Below, piece by piece: positions 23,783 through 36,864 of a stretch of 64,000 bases of DNA (its first letter is position 1; every line of letters starts with the position of its first letter). Below the pieces are notes generated by a model. The model was not told where the DNA came from and ran no database searches. It saw nothing but the letters and a program-made list of their open reading frames with translations. Both the position numbers and the translations under genes were made by a program. Source of the DNA: Callorhinchus milii (Eukaryota); contig NW_024704743.1 in the NCBI RefSeq assembly GCF_018977255.1, forward strand, positions 111,416,001 through 111,480,000, written 5' to 3'.

Positions 23783-24070
23783 ATTGCATTTTATATAACC
23801 CCTTTAATGTCAAAATGTGTCAAAGCGCTTCAGAACTAATTGCTGAAAACTGTATATCACAGTACCTGTGTATTTTGTGGGCAAATGCAGCAGCCAATTT
23901 GTACACAGCAAACTAGTGCCTACAAACTGCCATGAAATAAATGATGAATTTATCTAGGGGATTGTTGACCAGGACATTGGGAGCAACTCACTTCTCTTTT
24001 TAAACAGTGCCTTGGGAACTTTGATGTCCACTTAAACAGGCAGTCAGGTCCTCAGTTTAACATCTCATTC
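23783..24070 (-). mobile_element. Deu-SINE
   Basis: Tail 'ttgcattttatataac', then 'gcagccaatttgtacacagc' and 'cctcagtttaacatctcattcaaa' (Deu domain in reverse). Confidence 0.8.
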
Positions 24071-24454
24071 AAAGCACCTTCTTGGATGTGAATGGGTTGA
24101 GGAATTACTTTCTCTCTCACTGTGGCTACTTCTAATTATTATTTTGGAAAATACTTTTTGTCATCCTGTGAATCACCAACAACAATATGTCATCACAGCA
24201 GACTCAAATTCCCTTTGCTTACAAACGGTAAAACCATCTTTATTATTAAAAAGCTTCCACTGTCCTAGCAATCCAACTGGGAAAAATTAACACGATTCAG
24301 GATCGGTCCTTCCTTCGATAGCTCGGTCTCTTTCAGAAAGTGAGATTACCTATATCGACACACAGAAGGAATAAGTGAATCAGAAATCAATTTATTCAAC
24401 ATTTAATCATTCAGGTAATAATTACAACAATATATAATCAGGAGCGGTAGATTA

Positions 24455-24605
24455 TAGCCTTCATCATGTCATTGAGGAATCTCAAAGCACTTTGTAAGAT
24501 TTACCGTAAAATATAGTGACTGTGTATTTGTAAGCAATTGGGGCAGCAAATTTGTACACAACAATGTTGTAAAAGCAACTATGGAAGTGAATGACCAATT
24601 TCATT
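24455..24605 (-). mobile_element. SINE 3' module
   Basis: 'tctcaaagcact...tagtgactgtgtatttgtaagc...gaagtgaatgaccaatt'. Confidence 0.7.
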
Positions 24606-24675
24606 CCAGCTGTGTAGTGTTGCGATATCCATGCTCAATAAAGTGACTTCAAGAGACGCTTTGATGTCAAGGATA

Positions 24676-24880
24676 TTTACCCCAGAAGGCTGTGGATGTT
24701 CAGTCATGGAACATATTCTGAGATCGATAGATTTTTAAAAAGTAAAGGGATTAAGGGATATGGGGATAGGGCGGGTAAATAGAATTAGGTTAGAAGATCA
24801 GTCTTGACCTTATTAAATGGCGGGGCAGGCTCGAGGGGCCGAATGGCCTACTTCTGCTCCTATTTCTTATGTTTTTATAT
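24676..24880 (+). mobile_element. CR1 3' end
   Basis: 'ccccagaaggctgtggatg...gagatcgatagattt...aagggatatgggg...ggctcgaggggccgaatggcctacttctgctcctatttcttatg'. Confidence 0.8.
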
Positions 24881-25777
24881 TTCTAGCTCATTGTGACGTT
24901 TAACTATGATCATTGGTGCCATTATATCATTTGTTACCTTAATTCTCTGCAGATAAAATTTATTAACCAGCAAAGTTAGTCTGTTATGGTGGAAGAGAGA
25001 AATGACCAGGTAAGTACCTTCTAAAAGTGTCTGAAATCCACTCAAGATGTGTTTCTGTTCTCTGGTCTAGGTCTCTCACTCACTTGTAAAACGAATGCTC
25101 TAACCACTGAGCTACAGGACTCAACGACAGAGCCTCTCTGTTTTTTTTACGTTTCTTGTGAGGTGAAGGGACTGCAAGCCATTGAGTATCATCAGATTTC
25201 CGTACACAAATGCCTTCTAATCTTTACTTGAGTGATGGATTCCTTCTTGATGACACTATGAGAGAATTCCCAAGGCTAGTTTTACAACTACAGTCTTATA
25301 GCCTTTCAAAAGTCCAAGCTCTAAAGGATGAGGATAGATTACATACGTCATTTTAAAGACTTCCTGCTTCTGGGGAGGAGGGTGAAATTTTGCTTACAAG
25401 TCAATGGCATTTCTATGGCACAAAATATAGTCTTAATTTAGCACATGGGGTACCATGTCCTGTTATTTCAAGTAGATTGAATGGTGAGCTCATGAAACCA
25501 AGTCATTTCACGTTGAAATATCGAGATCACATTGATTTGTGTTTGGGTTAGCATTGCGTAGCAGTGAATGCCTCAGTGTGGGTATATAAATTTCACGCCT
25601 AATTTTGCTACGAGGTGTGACAGATTTATAATTCTGAAATTTTTAAAAACGTGATTACAGATGGAGATGGAATTGCTTTACTTTCTAACCCCCAAGCCTT
25701 TCAGAGGGTGCACTCCACATCTTGACTGACAGTTGCGATTTTGACGGTGTGCAGCAGACACTATAAAGACAGGGCTT

Positions 25778-26128
25778 ATGATAATAATAATAATAAAAAT
25801 ATTTGCATTTGATACAAATTCCTTGCATTTGACATAGTGCCTTATCACATCGTTGGGACATCTCAAAGCATTTCACAGAACACATTGCGCGTAGCAATGC
25901 CCACAAACAGTCATGGATTGAATGACCAAATTATTTATGTATTTATTTTGGAAGGAATTATTACCCATGGAAAAGTGATCCGCCAATCGATTAACAATTG
26001 GGTTCCTACTTGCGGCTAGTGGGCATAGGCAGTAAGGAAACTTGCCTAAGGTTTCGCCCTACCTGGGAATTGAACCCGGGTCCCCTGCTTGCGAGGTGAG
26101 TGCTCTAACCAATATGTTGCAGGACTCC
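25778..26128 (-). mobile_element. SINE type 2, full length with internal deletions and a duplicated tail
   Basis: Head 'ggagtcctgcaac...ttggttagagcactcacctcgcaagc...gggttcaattcc' on the minus strand; tail at 25778-25840. Confidence 0.8.
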
Positions 26129-26506
26129 ATATCATTGAGACACCTCAAGACATTTCACAGAATGCCACAGCCAATTTGTGCACTTTATCATCCATCTGAA
26201 AAGGCAGACAGGACCTCGGTTTAATGTCTCATCCAAAGGATGAATTCCAACCATACCTAAGTTCACTCTATTTAGGTGTCATTTTCTGGAATTTGGCAAA
26301 TTTTTGAATTCAGTCTCAGCTTTGAAGATAGTTATCTATAACTGTTTCTTAACAGAAGCTTAGAGAAAACAGGCTTCAAAATTAAGGCTTTGTTTAAGAA
26401 TTTGCCAAATTCAGGATGCTCTGAAATGCTACATAAATAGAGTAAATCTCAACCCGGGTGAGTTTTCTAGCCCATCGGCTGGTTAAGTCACATTCTATGC
26501 ATCATT

Positions 26507-27757
26507 GAATCATACAATTATACAGCACAGAAGGAGGTCATTTGGCCCATCGTGCCTGTGCCGGCTCTTTGAAAAGAGCTATCTAAATCAATGCCACTCC
26601 CCCGTGCTCTCCCCATAGCGCTGCAAACTTGTCCTCTGCAAATAATTGTCTACTTTTCTCTTAAAAGTTGTTACCGAATCGGTTTCCACCACCCTTTCAG
26701 GCAATGCATTCCAGATCCGAACAACTTGCTGTGTGAAAAAAATTCTCCTCACCTCCCCTCTGTTTCTTTTAACAACTATTTTAAAAGGGTGTCCTTGGGC
26801 TACCGACCCACCCACCAGTGGAAATAGTTTCTCCTTGTTCACCCTATCGAATCTCCTCATTGTGTTGAAAACTTCTATTAAGTCTCCTCTTAACCTTCTC
26901 TGCTCCAAGGAGAATAATCCTAGCTTCTCCAGCCTCTCCTGATAAATGAAGTGCCTCATTCCTGGTAGTAATAAACAATAATAAATTGATCATTTTCAAT
27001 CCACGACTGTTTGTGGGACATTGCTGTGGGCAATTGGCTGCCACGTTTTGCCCAGAAATATACAGTCAATTCACTTTACAGCATATTCTGTGAAGCGCTT
27101 TGAGATCTCTAGAAGACGTGAAAAGTGCTATTTCAAATGCAATGATTATTATTATGATTATTATTATTATTATTATAGTAGCCTGGTAAATCTCCTTTGC
27201 ACCCTCTCCAATGCCGACAACCTTCCTAAAGTGTGGTGCCCAGAACTGAACACAGTACTCCAGCTGAGGCCTAAACAGTGTTTTCTAAAGGTTCATAATA
27301 ATAATAATCCTTGCATTTGATATAGCGCTTTTCACGTCGGGAGGACGCCTAGTATCCTGTATGCTTTTTGAACAGCTTTATCTACCTGTCCTGCCACATT
27401 GAAAGATTTACTTATATGAACGCCCAGGTCTCTCTGTTTCTTCACCTCCTTTAAGATTGTACCATCAGCTTATATTGCCTCTCCTCATTCTTCCTCTCAA
27501 AATGCATCACTCCGCATTAAACTTCATCTGCCACGTGTCTGCCTATTTTACCAGTCTGTCTATGTCCTCTTGCAGCCTGCTATTATCCTCCTCACTGTTT
27601 ACTACTTTTCTGAGTTTAATATAATCTGTAAACTTGAAAATTGTACTCCCTAGTCCCAAGTCCAGGTCATTTACATAGATCAAAAACAGCAGCGGCCCCA
27701 ATACCGACCCCTGGGTGACACCACTGCACACTTCCCTCCAGAAAAACAACAACCATC
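26507..27757 (-). mobile_element. CR1 LINE 3' fragment (RT C-terminal half plus 3' UTR), interrupted by two SINE pieces
   Basis: SGVTQGSVLGPLLFLIYVNDLD, LQEDIDRL, YQERLEKLGLFSLEQRRLRGDLIEVF, FFTQQVVRIWNALP. Confidence 0.95.
26975..27176 (+). mobile_element. SINE 3' module inserted into CR1
   Basis: Shared 3' module with a long (TAT)n tail; TAGTA on both flanks. Confidence 0.85.
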
Positions 27758-29589
27758 TTCAAAATGTCGATCAGCAAAGAAAACAATGTTTACCTCCGTT
27801 GCTGAAACACGGGATGTTTTAAGATGCGATTTTCTTCTAGACAGCCCTAGAGCCAGAATTCTCTGGCTTATTTGCTTTACCTTCCACCGCATCCCCCCTC
27901 CCCCACCAATTTGGAAACACACAGTCAGACACCGATCGCCGCAGAAACATGTTATATAGTGCTACACTTCCCAGGTGACATTTCACAGGCAAAGCGGTGA
28001 CCTGCGCTTTTCGCCAGAAATTCAATCCAGCTTGTCAGTGGTTCATTTTTACTTACTGCTGATAGACGGAGGTGGTCTCATCCATCATATCACAAAGGTC
28101 GAAAGCCTAGCTTTGTACAGACTGCCTTTGTGTGGGATTGCAGTCAATTGATGTCAGTGCTCAGGCAGGCACAGAAGGCTTGAGGGGCAAAAAAGAAATG
28201 AGCTATGTGGTAAATAGCCTCAGATTCATTGAAACTAACATAAAGAAGGCTGTTGTGGTTTGTTTTAGTATAACATTTAGTGAAAATGTATATTAGTAAC
28301 CAGGCACCAGTTACAAATTACACGTGTGACACATCAGCCTACCAGCTGCTGTTAGCACAATTCACACATGGTACATTGCCTGCCTTGAATCACAGAGTTC
28401 CCAAAGTGCTGTAATTCTAGCCCACAAATCTTTAATGGGCAGTTATTTCTTTAATTAATGTCATTAAGCAACGCTGTTTGTGTTGTGTATGTGGAAGATT
28501 GGAATACCAGTAAACTCCAAACTGCAACCTGCTGTTTGCTTAATAAATTCCTGTTTGAAACCGACAGAATTACAAGCGCAGATTGCAGATATAAAAGAAC
28601 GTTTTTACTTGTAATTATCTGGTGAGATTAGGAATAATTTAATAGGCTTTTTTTTAATTTAGTTCATGAATAAGGGGACTTTTTTGCAGTTTGTTCACAT
28701 CATCATTCATGGCTAGGGAGGGGGTCAAATCTATGGTGAAATTCAGAGCACCTTATGAGCACAGCTCTTAAAATAATCGCTTTTACTATGGACTTACGAT
28801 CGGAATGGGAAGCAAGATGATGGTCAAAATCAGGAGGAAAGAAGATCTACTGTTTTCATTTATCTTTTGAGAAATATAAGTGCTTTGTCATTACCCTGTG
28901 CATAAGGTTTCATTACCGTGAGCCTCTGTTACATCGCCTTCCAATGTCCTCCCAGATTAAGCCTACAGGGTACAAGAACACATATCTTTTTGATGACTGC
29001 TGAATCATTTAAAAAAAGATATAAGAGAAACAATTAAAATGATATTGGTTCACAATTATATTTCTAGCTTGCGGCCATAATGAGATATTGAGATTGCAGC
29101 TCGGGGCCTGGAATGTGTGGCAAAATATTGTTAATCAGAGTCATGAGATTGCCCTAATGAAAAAGGAAATGGGAAGAAGACTTTAATTGAACTAGAACCT
29201 TGTACTTAGAAGAAAAGCAGAATGCTATTGATCTTCAGCAATGAGGCAGAGTATAACATGTCTTAGCGTGTGTCAATCATTTTGCAAAGCATTAATACAA
29301 TGAAGGCAGTTTCTTGGAATATACAATAGCCTCTGAAGGGGAGCACCTGGATAACAAGGAAAATGATCTCTTTATCCATTGAGTAAACAGAACAAAATGT
29401 GACAGGAACTGACTCTGGATCTGACTAGCTTACCCTTGTAAAATGAAGAGTGGAGTCATTACAATGCTTCTTATCTGGGCTTGCACTACATATCCCAGAT
29501 TGATCGTTTCTTTACCTTGCACGAAGGTTACCTACTTTTTGCAATTGGTAATACAGTATATCTTCTATTTTGTTTTCTTTTTTTTTCAC

Positions 29590-29712
29590 TCACAAAATAT
29601 AGTCTAGAAAAAATACAGTGAGTTTGCTTTACAAGATATGCTGTGAAGCGCTTTGAGATGTCTCAACGACGCGGTAAGCCACTATATCAAATGGAAGGAT
29701 TATTATTATTAT
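29590..29712 (+). mobile_element. SINE 3' module
   Basis: 'ctgtgaagcgctttgagatgtctcaacgacgcggtaagccactatatcaaatggaaggattattatt'. Confidence 0.8.
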
Positions 29713-29894
29713 TTTTAAAAATAACGTTGGATTAGTGCAAGACCATCATGAGAGCTTAACCATTTCACAACTCAATAACACAATGCCTTTAAACATCTTG
29801 AAGCATTTCACAGGTACTTTTTGTCGAGTGTAGTAACTATGTGTTTGTATTTTATAAAAATGTGTGTGAGTGGGAGGGGTTGGGGGAGAGGGTT

Positions 29895-30135
29895 GTCAGC
29901 TAGGTGTCAGACACATGCAGAAACCCATCACCATACATAAGAGTATCTAAACCAAACTGAGAATTTCACATATGTTCGCCACCTCCAAATGGATTTTTCC
30001 CCATGGAATGGAATATACACTGTCTCCCTGGAAGGACGCAACTTTCGTATCTAATTCTACAGAGTACATGGCTGTCAAGAGCAGAGACGTGGGACCCAAG
30101 AGCATGTGTTTGGTTAATACTGGAGTTTAACTAAT
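29895..30135 (-). mobile_element. 3' UTR remnant of the RTE-X-like LINE family
   Basis: 'aggtgtcagacacatgcagaaacccatcaccatacataagagtatctaaaccaaactg...gggacccaagag...tactggagtttaac' is the reverse homolog of 8370-8535. Confidence 0.55.
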
Positions 30136-30265
30136 GTGTGGTGACTGTGTTTTTGTAGGTAAATGTAACGGAGCACATTGCAATGTGACACAAACAGCCA
30201 TGAAGTGAATGATCTATTTTTTTATTTGGGGGGATTGATGGCCAGGACACCGGGAGAAACTCCCT
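30136..30265 (-). mobile_element. Deu-SINE fragment
   Basis: 'cacaaacagccatgaagtgaatga...ggccaggacaccgggagaaactccc'. Confidence 0.75.
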
Positions 30266-32469
30266 TTGCCAGGTTGCCATCAAGCTGGAGAAGGTGTGAT
30301 ATTGAATATCGGGTGGTGGATATATTTATATCCATTACTTTTCAATCACGTTGATTAGAAAGCACTCCAACTAGACATTTCATTCTTTTAAACACTGCTT
30401 GTTGTGATAAAATTATGCAATAGCATATTCCCTCCAACAAAGCAATTCCTTGCACACATTTCAGAAATGCCATTGTAACACATGAGACTTAACTTTACAT
30501 TTTGGTTCCTGATAAATGTGCAGCAATTGTTATACCTGTAGCATGGAATTGCCAATTCCTGTTAATGCTGTATATATTTTACGTAGATTATTTATATAGT
30601 CCTGACTACAGCCATAATTCTAAGTAGTCGTATATGTCTTGCATGGGGGAGTTTGATTAGTAGCAATGGAAGAACATCTCATGGAAAATGATGGCTTTCT
30701 GGATGAGATTGGCTAGTAAAAGTGTGCAGCAATGGACTAATGGCACACTGTATTATTAAACATTATTTATTGCTATTGATGTGCATGATCAAAGGCATTA
30801 TAATGATTTGAAGGTGCACACGATAGGCAATTATAGGTTCTAAATGGACTCCACAAGCACCTTAGATCAGGGCTAATCCTGGGTTACAATAATTCCTTGT
30901 ATTAATCCACATTTCCTAGCTCATTATTCCTTAAAAGTGAAACGTTCATTATTGTACTTTGTTTTAATCACCAGACAATATCGTTTTTGTTAAATGAAAG
31001 AAGCCTCATTGTAAGCTCTAATGAAGGGCTTCTGCAAAGTCACTGTTATTGAGAAAATGGACAATGAATTAATACGACACATGAGGTTCATGTATTAAAT
31101 ATCAAATTTGGCAAGTTGCAGTTTGAATTTCAATTTAGCTTTTCTGAGAACGGCAAAATCTTTTTTTTAATCCAGCTTCTGTATGAAAGTTCAGAATTAC
31201 TATTTAAATTCTTACATCGAAATTTATGCTCGCAGCCAGGATGATTATTCAAACAAGCAGATCAAAGAAAGACGAATGGAGCTTTATACCGTTTATTCTG
31301 ATAATGTGATACATCTGTAGCCCTTTGATGTTAGCCTCTCCTCTGGTAAATATACATAGGATAAAGTGTACTGTGCTATGTAATCTGGCATTTATCCTAT
31401 GACTGCACAAGACCAAAGCTTACCTTACAGTGCAATTGGGAAACAAAAACATTTATCTACCTCAAGACTCTACGGTCACTTCCCCACTCGTATTTATCAA
31501 TTAACAATTTTAAACGCTTAATCAATTGTCTGTTGCTAAGTATACTCGGGCAATGCCTCAGGCATTCTCTGCAATCAATGGCACATTTCCTAACAAACTG
31601 CACTGACACCCAATCAGCTGCACAGTTGACTTCAGGGCACGACTCCATCTTATCGTGTAAAGGACGCACCTTAATACATCAGTAAAGGCTGAGTCCAAGA
31701 GTAGCCGGGAGTAGCCAGTCTTACCCCATGCCTTTGCATCAAGACACCCTCCTGTATCTCCTCCAATGATAGCAGGGAAGAGCTTGTAGGCTCTCAGGAG
31801 TACTCATCCAAACCAAATTGATTTGTTGTAGTTTGTGTACAAAAGACACAGTATATCCTGTGAAGCACTTTGAGATGTTGTCCTGACATGAAAGGCACTG
31901 TGCCAAACGTAAGGCTTATTATCAACAACGACAACATTAACAACTTGCATTTACATAGGGCCTTCATTCGAGATAGGGTCTCTGAAGGCAGTTTAATTTT
32001 AATAGTTTTTTGAGCTACATTTGAAAACAAAAAAGTGACTGTATATAATAGCTTTTTGGGTAGGCGGTGGGGAGGGGGGCTTCGTATAGTTTGAGGTATA
32101 TTTACATTTTGGAAAGAGAACTGAGTTAACTTACACTTCATAGCAGAAAGCTATCGTGCTTAAGATTTATAAAAATATAAGATTCCCATGTGCGGCTAGG
32201 CTTTTAAGATAGATATGACAAATTTGGGGATTTGTGGCTGCTTCAGGTGCCAATTTGGGGAGTGTTGGGTATTGTCAAAGATGCCATTCTTCAGTTGATA
32301 TGTTAAACCATTTGCCTGTTCACGTGGATGTCAAGGCACGGTCAAAGATGTGGCTTGAAGAAGGCAAGGGAGGGAGGGAGGCAAAGGGATTGCAGGATAG
32401 AGTTCCAAAGGGTAGGGGTAGTGGGGTGGGGGCCAGAGAGGGGAACACGGAGCAGTCCGAAGCCAAGTA

Positions 32470-32660
32470 ATAATTTGGTCTATGTCCATAACTGTTTGTG
32501 GAATACTGTACTATACAATACACAATTGTTAATGCATTTCACTCACAAAATATATTTTTAATTCATTTTGCAGTATATTCTGTGAAGCGCTTTGATATGT
32601 CTCGAAGACGTGATAAGGCGCTATATCAAATGCAAGGATTATTGTTATTAGTAGTAGTAG
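32470..32660 (+). mobile_element. SINE 3' module, followed by an inverted fragment at 32668-32725
   Basis: 'gtgaagcgctttgatatgtctcgaagacgtgataaggcgctatatcaaatgcaaggatt'. Confidence 0.8.
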
Positions 32661-34319
32661 CATAGTTCAGGTGTCTCAATGCTCTTCACAGAATATACTT
32701 CAGAGTGGATTGACTGTATTTTTATTATGGAAAATAATAATTACTAATACATATTATTTGAAAATATTAATATATGGGTTAGGTGCAGTGGTTGCACCAA
32801 AAAAAGGCTAGAAATAGCAGAGAAATGGCGAATGGCAGAACCATTTCCATCAGATTAGCAATACAGATTAACAATGATCTGAAAATGTCCCAATACATTA
32901 ATTTCTATTTTGTTAAGATTTAAACAAGTTGATTGACACCAGAGGTGGTCTAGTCTTGCCAAGGAATCCTACAGGACTTACAGACACCAGGACAGGTGTA
33001 TTATGGCACTTAGTCACAGGAGCAGAAACTAAAAGTTATTGGCCTGAATGATTGATATTTGTAGCACCAAACTATTCTGTAGGTAAGCAATGAACAACAA
33101 CAACCTACATTTGTAATAGTGCCTTTCACGTCGGGAGGAGCACCAAAGTGCCAACCACACAGCTCAATACAATGTTTACTCAGGTCATGTTAAGATACAC
33201 TATATAGTGTTCATCTAACACTGTGTTGTTCAATGACTGAATAGATCTGTGAATTGGTTACATTTTTGCCAATTGGTTGTTAGATTGGTATTTTACATAT
33301 CAAAGGGTTTCTGTGCCATCACAAAGGTAGCAAAGATCCCAATTTAACCACTGTTCAATAATCATACCAAACAATTATGTTAATTTGTACAGAATTTCAA
33401 ACAAAGAGACAATTTGACTTATCATGTCATGCAAATGGATGTATGATTAATATCCAAATTGAAAACAATTCAACTGTAACCGTGGTTATAAAGTAAAAAA
33501 CAATTATCCTCTAAATGGCTGTAATAGATCTCAAACCAAACCCGTTCGGTTGTCCTTGCATTGTAAGTTGGCACATGATTGCAGCTTAATTGTGAACGTT
33601 AGGCATATAATTGCCTGTTATTCTGGCCAAAAATAATGTTATCTTGTGTTGAACAATATGCTCTACGGACTTCATTTTGCCAAACATTGAACAAAATAAA
33701 ATCTGAACTGAGGGAAGTATGATTTAATTGTAATGACAGCGTCACCACAATAATTTTTATAGATTGGTTCCTGCTGAGAAAATTAATGCTAAAACAAAGG
33801 AATACAATCTCACCCATTTGCATTTAAGTACTTTTGACAGTAAATGTTTGGTAACTAAACAAATTTAACACCGAGACATAACAATGCCAGGTACTACATC
33901 CTATATATATACTGTACACTGTCAATAGTATTTGATGCAATCTGGTGCTAAAACAGTTACAATTAACATCTTATCAACTGTCAACTAACCACAAATGTAG
34001 CATTTAGTATTTGTCTCTGTCAATAGATGTGGAAGATGGTAGCTAAACTCTATTATACAAATGAATCCCATGTCGCTGAGGTATGCTCACTGATGCAAAG
34101 GTTCACTTAAGGAAAATAAAACACTCTCTGATTACTCAACAAAATGTCAAACCATCTGTTTGCATGTCAGACTGGCTGAACTAGCAGAGGACATGGATGA
34201 ACTTTTTTGACACTACGCTCCTTTGCCAATGAGGGTAAATTTACCAACTACTAACTAACTGATAATAATCCTTACCTTTGATATAGTGCCTTTCACTTTA
34301 GAAGAATGTCTTAATAACT

Positions 34320-34710
34320 CCAGCCTGCCTGCCTGTTCAGGTGGATGTTCAAGTTTGCACGTCACTACTTGAAAAGAGAAGTTTCTACAATAATAATAAT
34401 CTTTGCATTTGGTATAGCGCTGTTCACGTTTTCGCTTGATGTCCAGGCCAAAAATCCCCCCACCCCAAATACAATTGGTCATTCACTTATAATGTGTATT
34501 TGTGGGGCACTGTTGAACTGTGTTCCCCTACAAAATACACAGTCACTACACTTCACAGTAAAATGCTGTGAAGCACTGTCTTCTGTGTTCCCCTACAAAA
34601 TACACAGTCACTACACTTCACAGTAAAATGCTGTGAAGCACTAGGAGATGTTTCGATGATGTGAACGAGATGCTATATCAAATGCAAGGTCTATTGTTAC
34701 TACTATAATT
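34320..34710 (+). mobile_element. Deu-SINE with an internal 60-bp duplication and a nested opposite-strand tail
   Basis: 'gcctgttcaggtggatgtt...gaaaagagaagtttc', nested tail 34390-34430, duplicated segment 34518-34577/34583-34642. Confidence 0.8.
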
Positions 34711-35429
34711 ATTGCTATAATGTTTACGATATGTGCAAAAAATCAACACAATATGCAGTGGAGATTTTTCAGTGCCAGTATACTTTTCACGGGCAAAAAT
34801 GAGGTCTGTAAATTGATTGCTCTGTCTCGTGAAATTCTATTCACACAGCTACATGGCTTCTAGGTGAATTCAGTGTGGAGCAGATTTTTCAGCTGTCCGT
34901 ATCCTTTTGTCTAGCTGGGCCAGGCTTGCACTGAAATCCACAGATCTGAATCGCTTACTAAACAGAACCAATGTGGGCTGCAACAGATGTAATTAAATGT
35001 TCCAGTATTTTGGACATGTGGACTGATTAGAATTTGGTCTCTATTCTTCCACCTCTGGTACCAGAATCTGAATGTAACAGAAGGGAAATAGGAGGTGAGT
35101 TAACAGCTGATAACTGGAGGTTATAAACAGAGTGAATCTGGCAATCAAAATCCAGCTCCCAGCGGAGCGCACAATACAGAGCTGGCCTGAATCCAGCACT
35201 AAGTGACACTAATTTAGTTCGGCTCACATACACTACAGAATATAGTCTACAGAATGAAAATAATACTGTATTCTTTCTGCAGGGCGCTGTGTCTATAATT
35301 AAACATTGCTCTCATGCCCTGGGCAAATACATATCATTTCAATGCAAACATCAAATCTGCCCAGTCCAGCAGCACTCATGAGTCCTGGTTTTGTTCATCT
35401 AACAAACTAACACTATTAGTTTGAATCAC

Positions 35430-35950
35430 CAAACTCTGGCCAGCTTCACGCCCAACCCCCACACTCCTCCCCCTACACCTGCCTGAAGCTCCTCATCAGT
35501 GAGCAAACTTTCAGCCATTCAGACCCCACTGTCTGGATCTCCATCCTGGAGTTATAGAAACGAAGAAACATAGAAATCTACAGCCCAGATGGAGGCCATA
35601 AGACCCATCATGCCTGCACCTTCTCAGAAAGCAAGGATTTGTTTCAATCCTGCTGCCCCACTTTATTTCCATATCCCTGTCATATACTTATCTACTTCCC
35701 TCTTGAATACTACAATGGAATCTGCCTCCATCTCATCCCTGACTTCCCTCCACACCTTAAAACCCAGCTTAAGACCTATTTTTTTTTATTGTGCTTTTTG
35801 TCTCCAACACCCCCCCCCAACACACACCCACATCCACACACACTCCTCCCCACCAGCACTTCACATCAGCTCGGGTGCCCAGTCGGCTGTGTGAAGCTAA
35901 GCACTATGATATGCTTTTGTGACATGAAAGGCGTGATATAAATGCAAAAT
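35430..35950 (+). mobile_element. Old L2 3' fragment interrupted by a CR1 tail (35553-35725, minus)
   Basis: L2-like 'tttcagccattcagaccccactgtctggatctccatcc' and 'ttaagacctattt'; CR1-like 'catagaaatctacagcccagatggaggccataagacccatc'. Confidence 0.6.
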
Positions 35951-36864
35951 GTTGCTATTAGTAGTTAAAGCTAACATAAATGCAAAATGTTGTTTTACTA
36001 GTTAAAGCTAACATAAATTCCTTCAATCAAAGCTTACTCTCAGCTGGTAAAACCTCTGGGGGAATACCCCCCACCATAAATGCGTGTTTAAATCTAGGAA
36101 CCCTTAATGGTCAGTAAATGTACCTTCAAGTGGAGAACTCCCCCCATCTGAGTGCCTGTGACAGGGACTTTGATTAAATCAGGAATGACCACATGTGCTC
36201 TGACAGAAGCTGCTGAGAGGGTCATCACTTCTCAGATCCCTTGAGGGCAACACTGCAAAATAATCCAATAATGGAGCAGGGGAAATATTAGAACTCAATA
36301 ATTACTCATTTAGTTAGACAAACGTTTGGAAAATATAGCCTTATTTAACTAGGAAGTACCACGTGACTTGCCTGTATAGCATCTCTCTTGTGTTCTGGTG
36401 TTCTTTTGTGTGTCTGTCCAAGCCCCATACTAGGATTTGTGACTTTTTTTGGTGAGTTATGTGATGGTATAAGTCAATTTAAAGGGCTGCTTTGCCTCAC
36501 AGCAACATTTTACACAGTTAGCTCTGCTGACTGAGCTAAGGCACTTTCAACCCTTTGCCCGGGGATAAATGCATGGGTTTTATTTATTGGATGTCATTGA
36601 TTTACTGTTAATTGTAAAATCTCATCTTATGTGTTAAAAGTTGGTTGCATTTTGACATACTAGTTCACCTCAGTAATAGACATCCAACAACAACTTGCAT
36701 TTATATAGCGCTCCTCACACAGGGTAGCGTCCCAGAAAGCATAAATCTATTGGTACAACAACAACAAGATTCCATTTATAGAGTGCCTTTCACGTCGGGA
36801 GGACGTCCCAAGGCGCTGGTAGATCAAAACATAATACTATGTAAATTACGATTATCACTATTTA

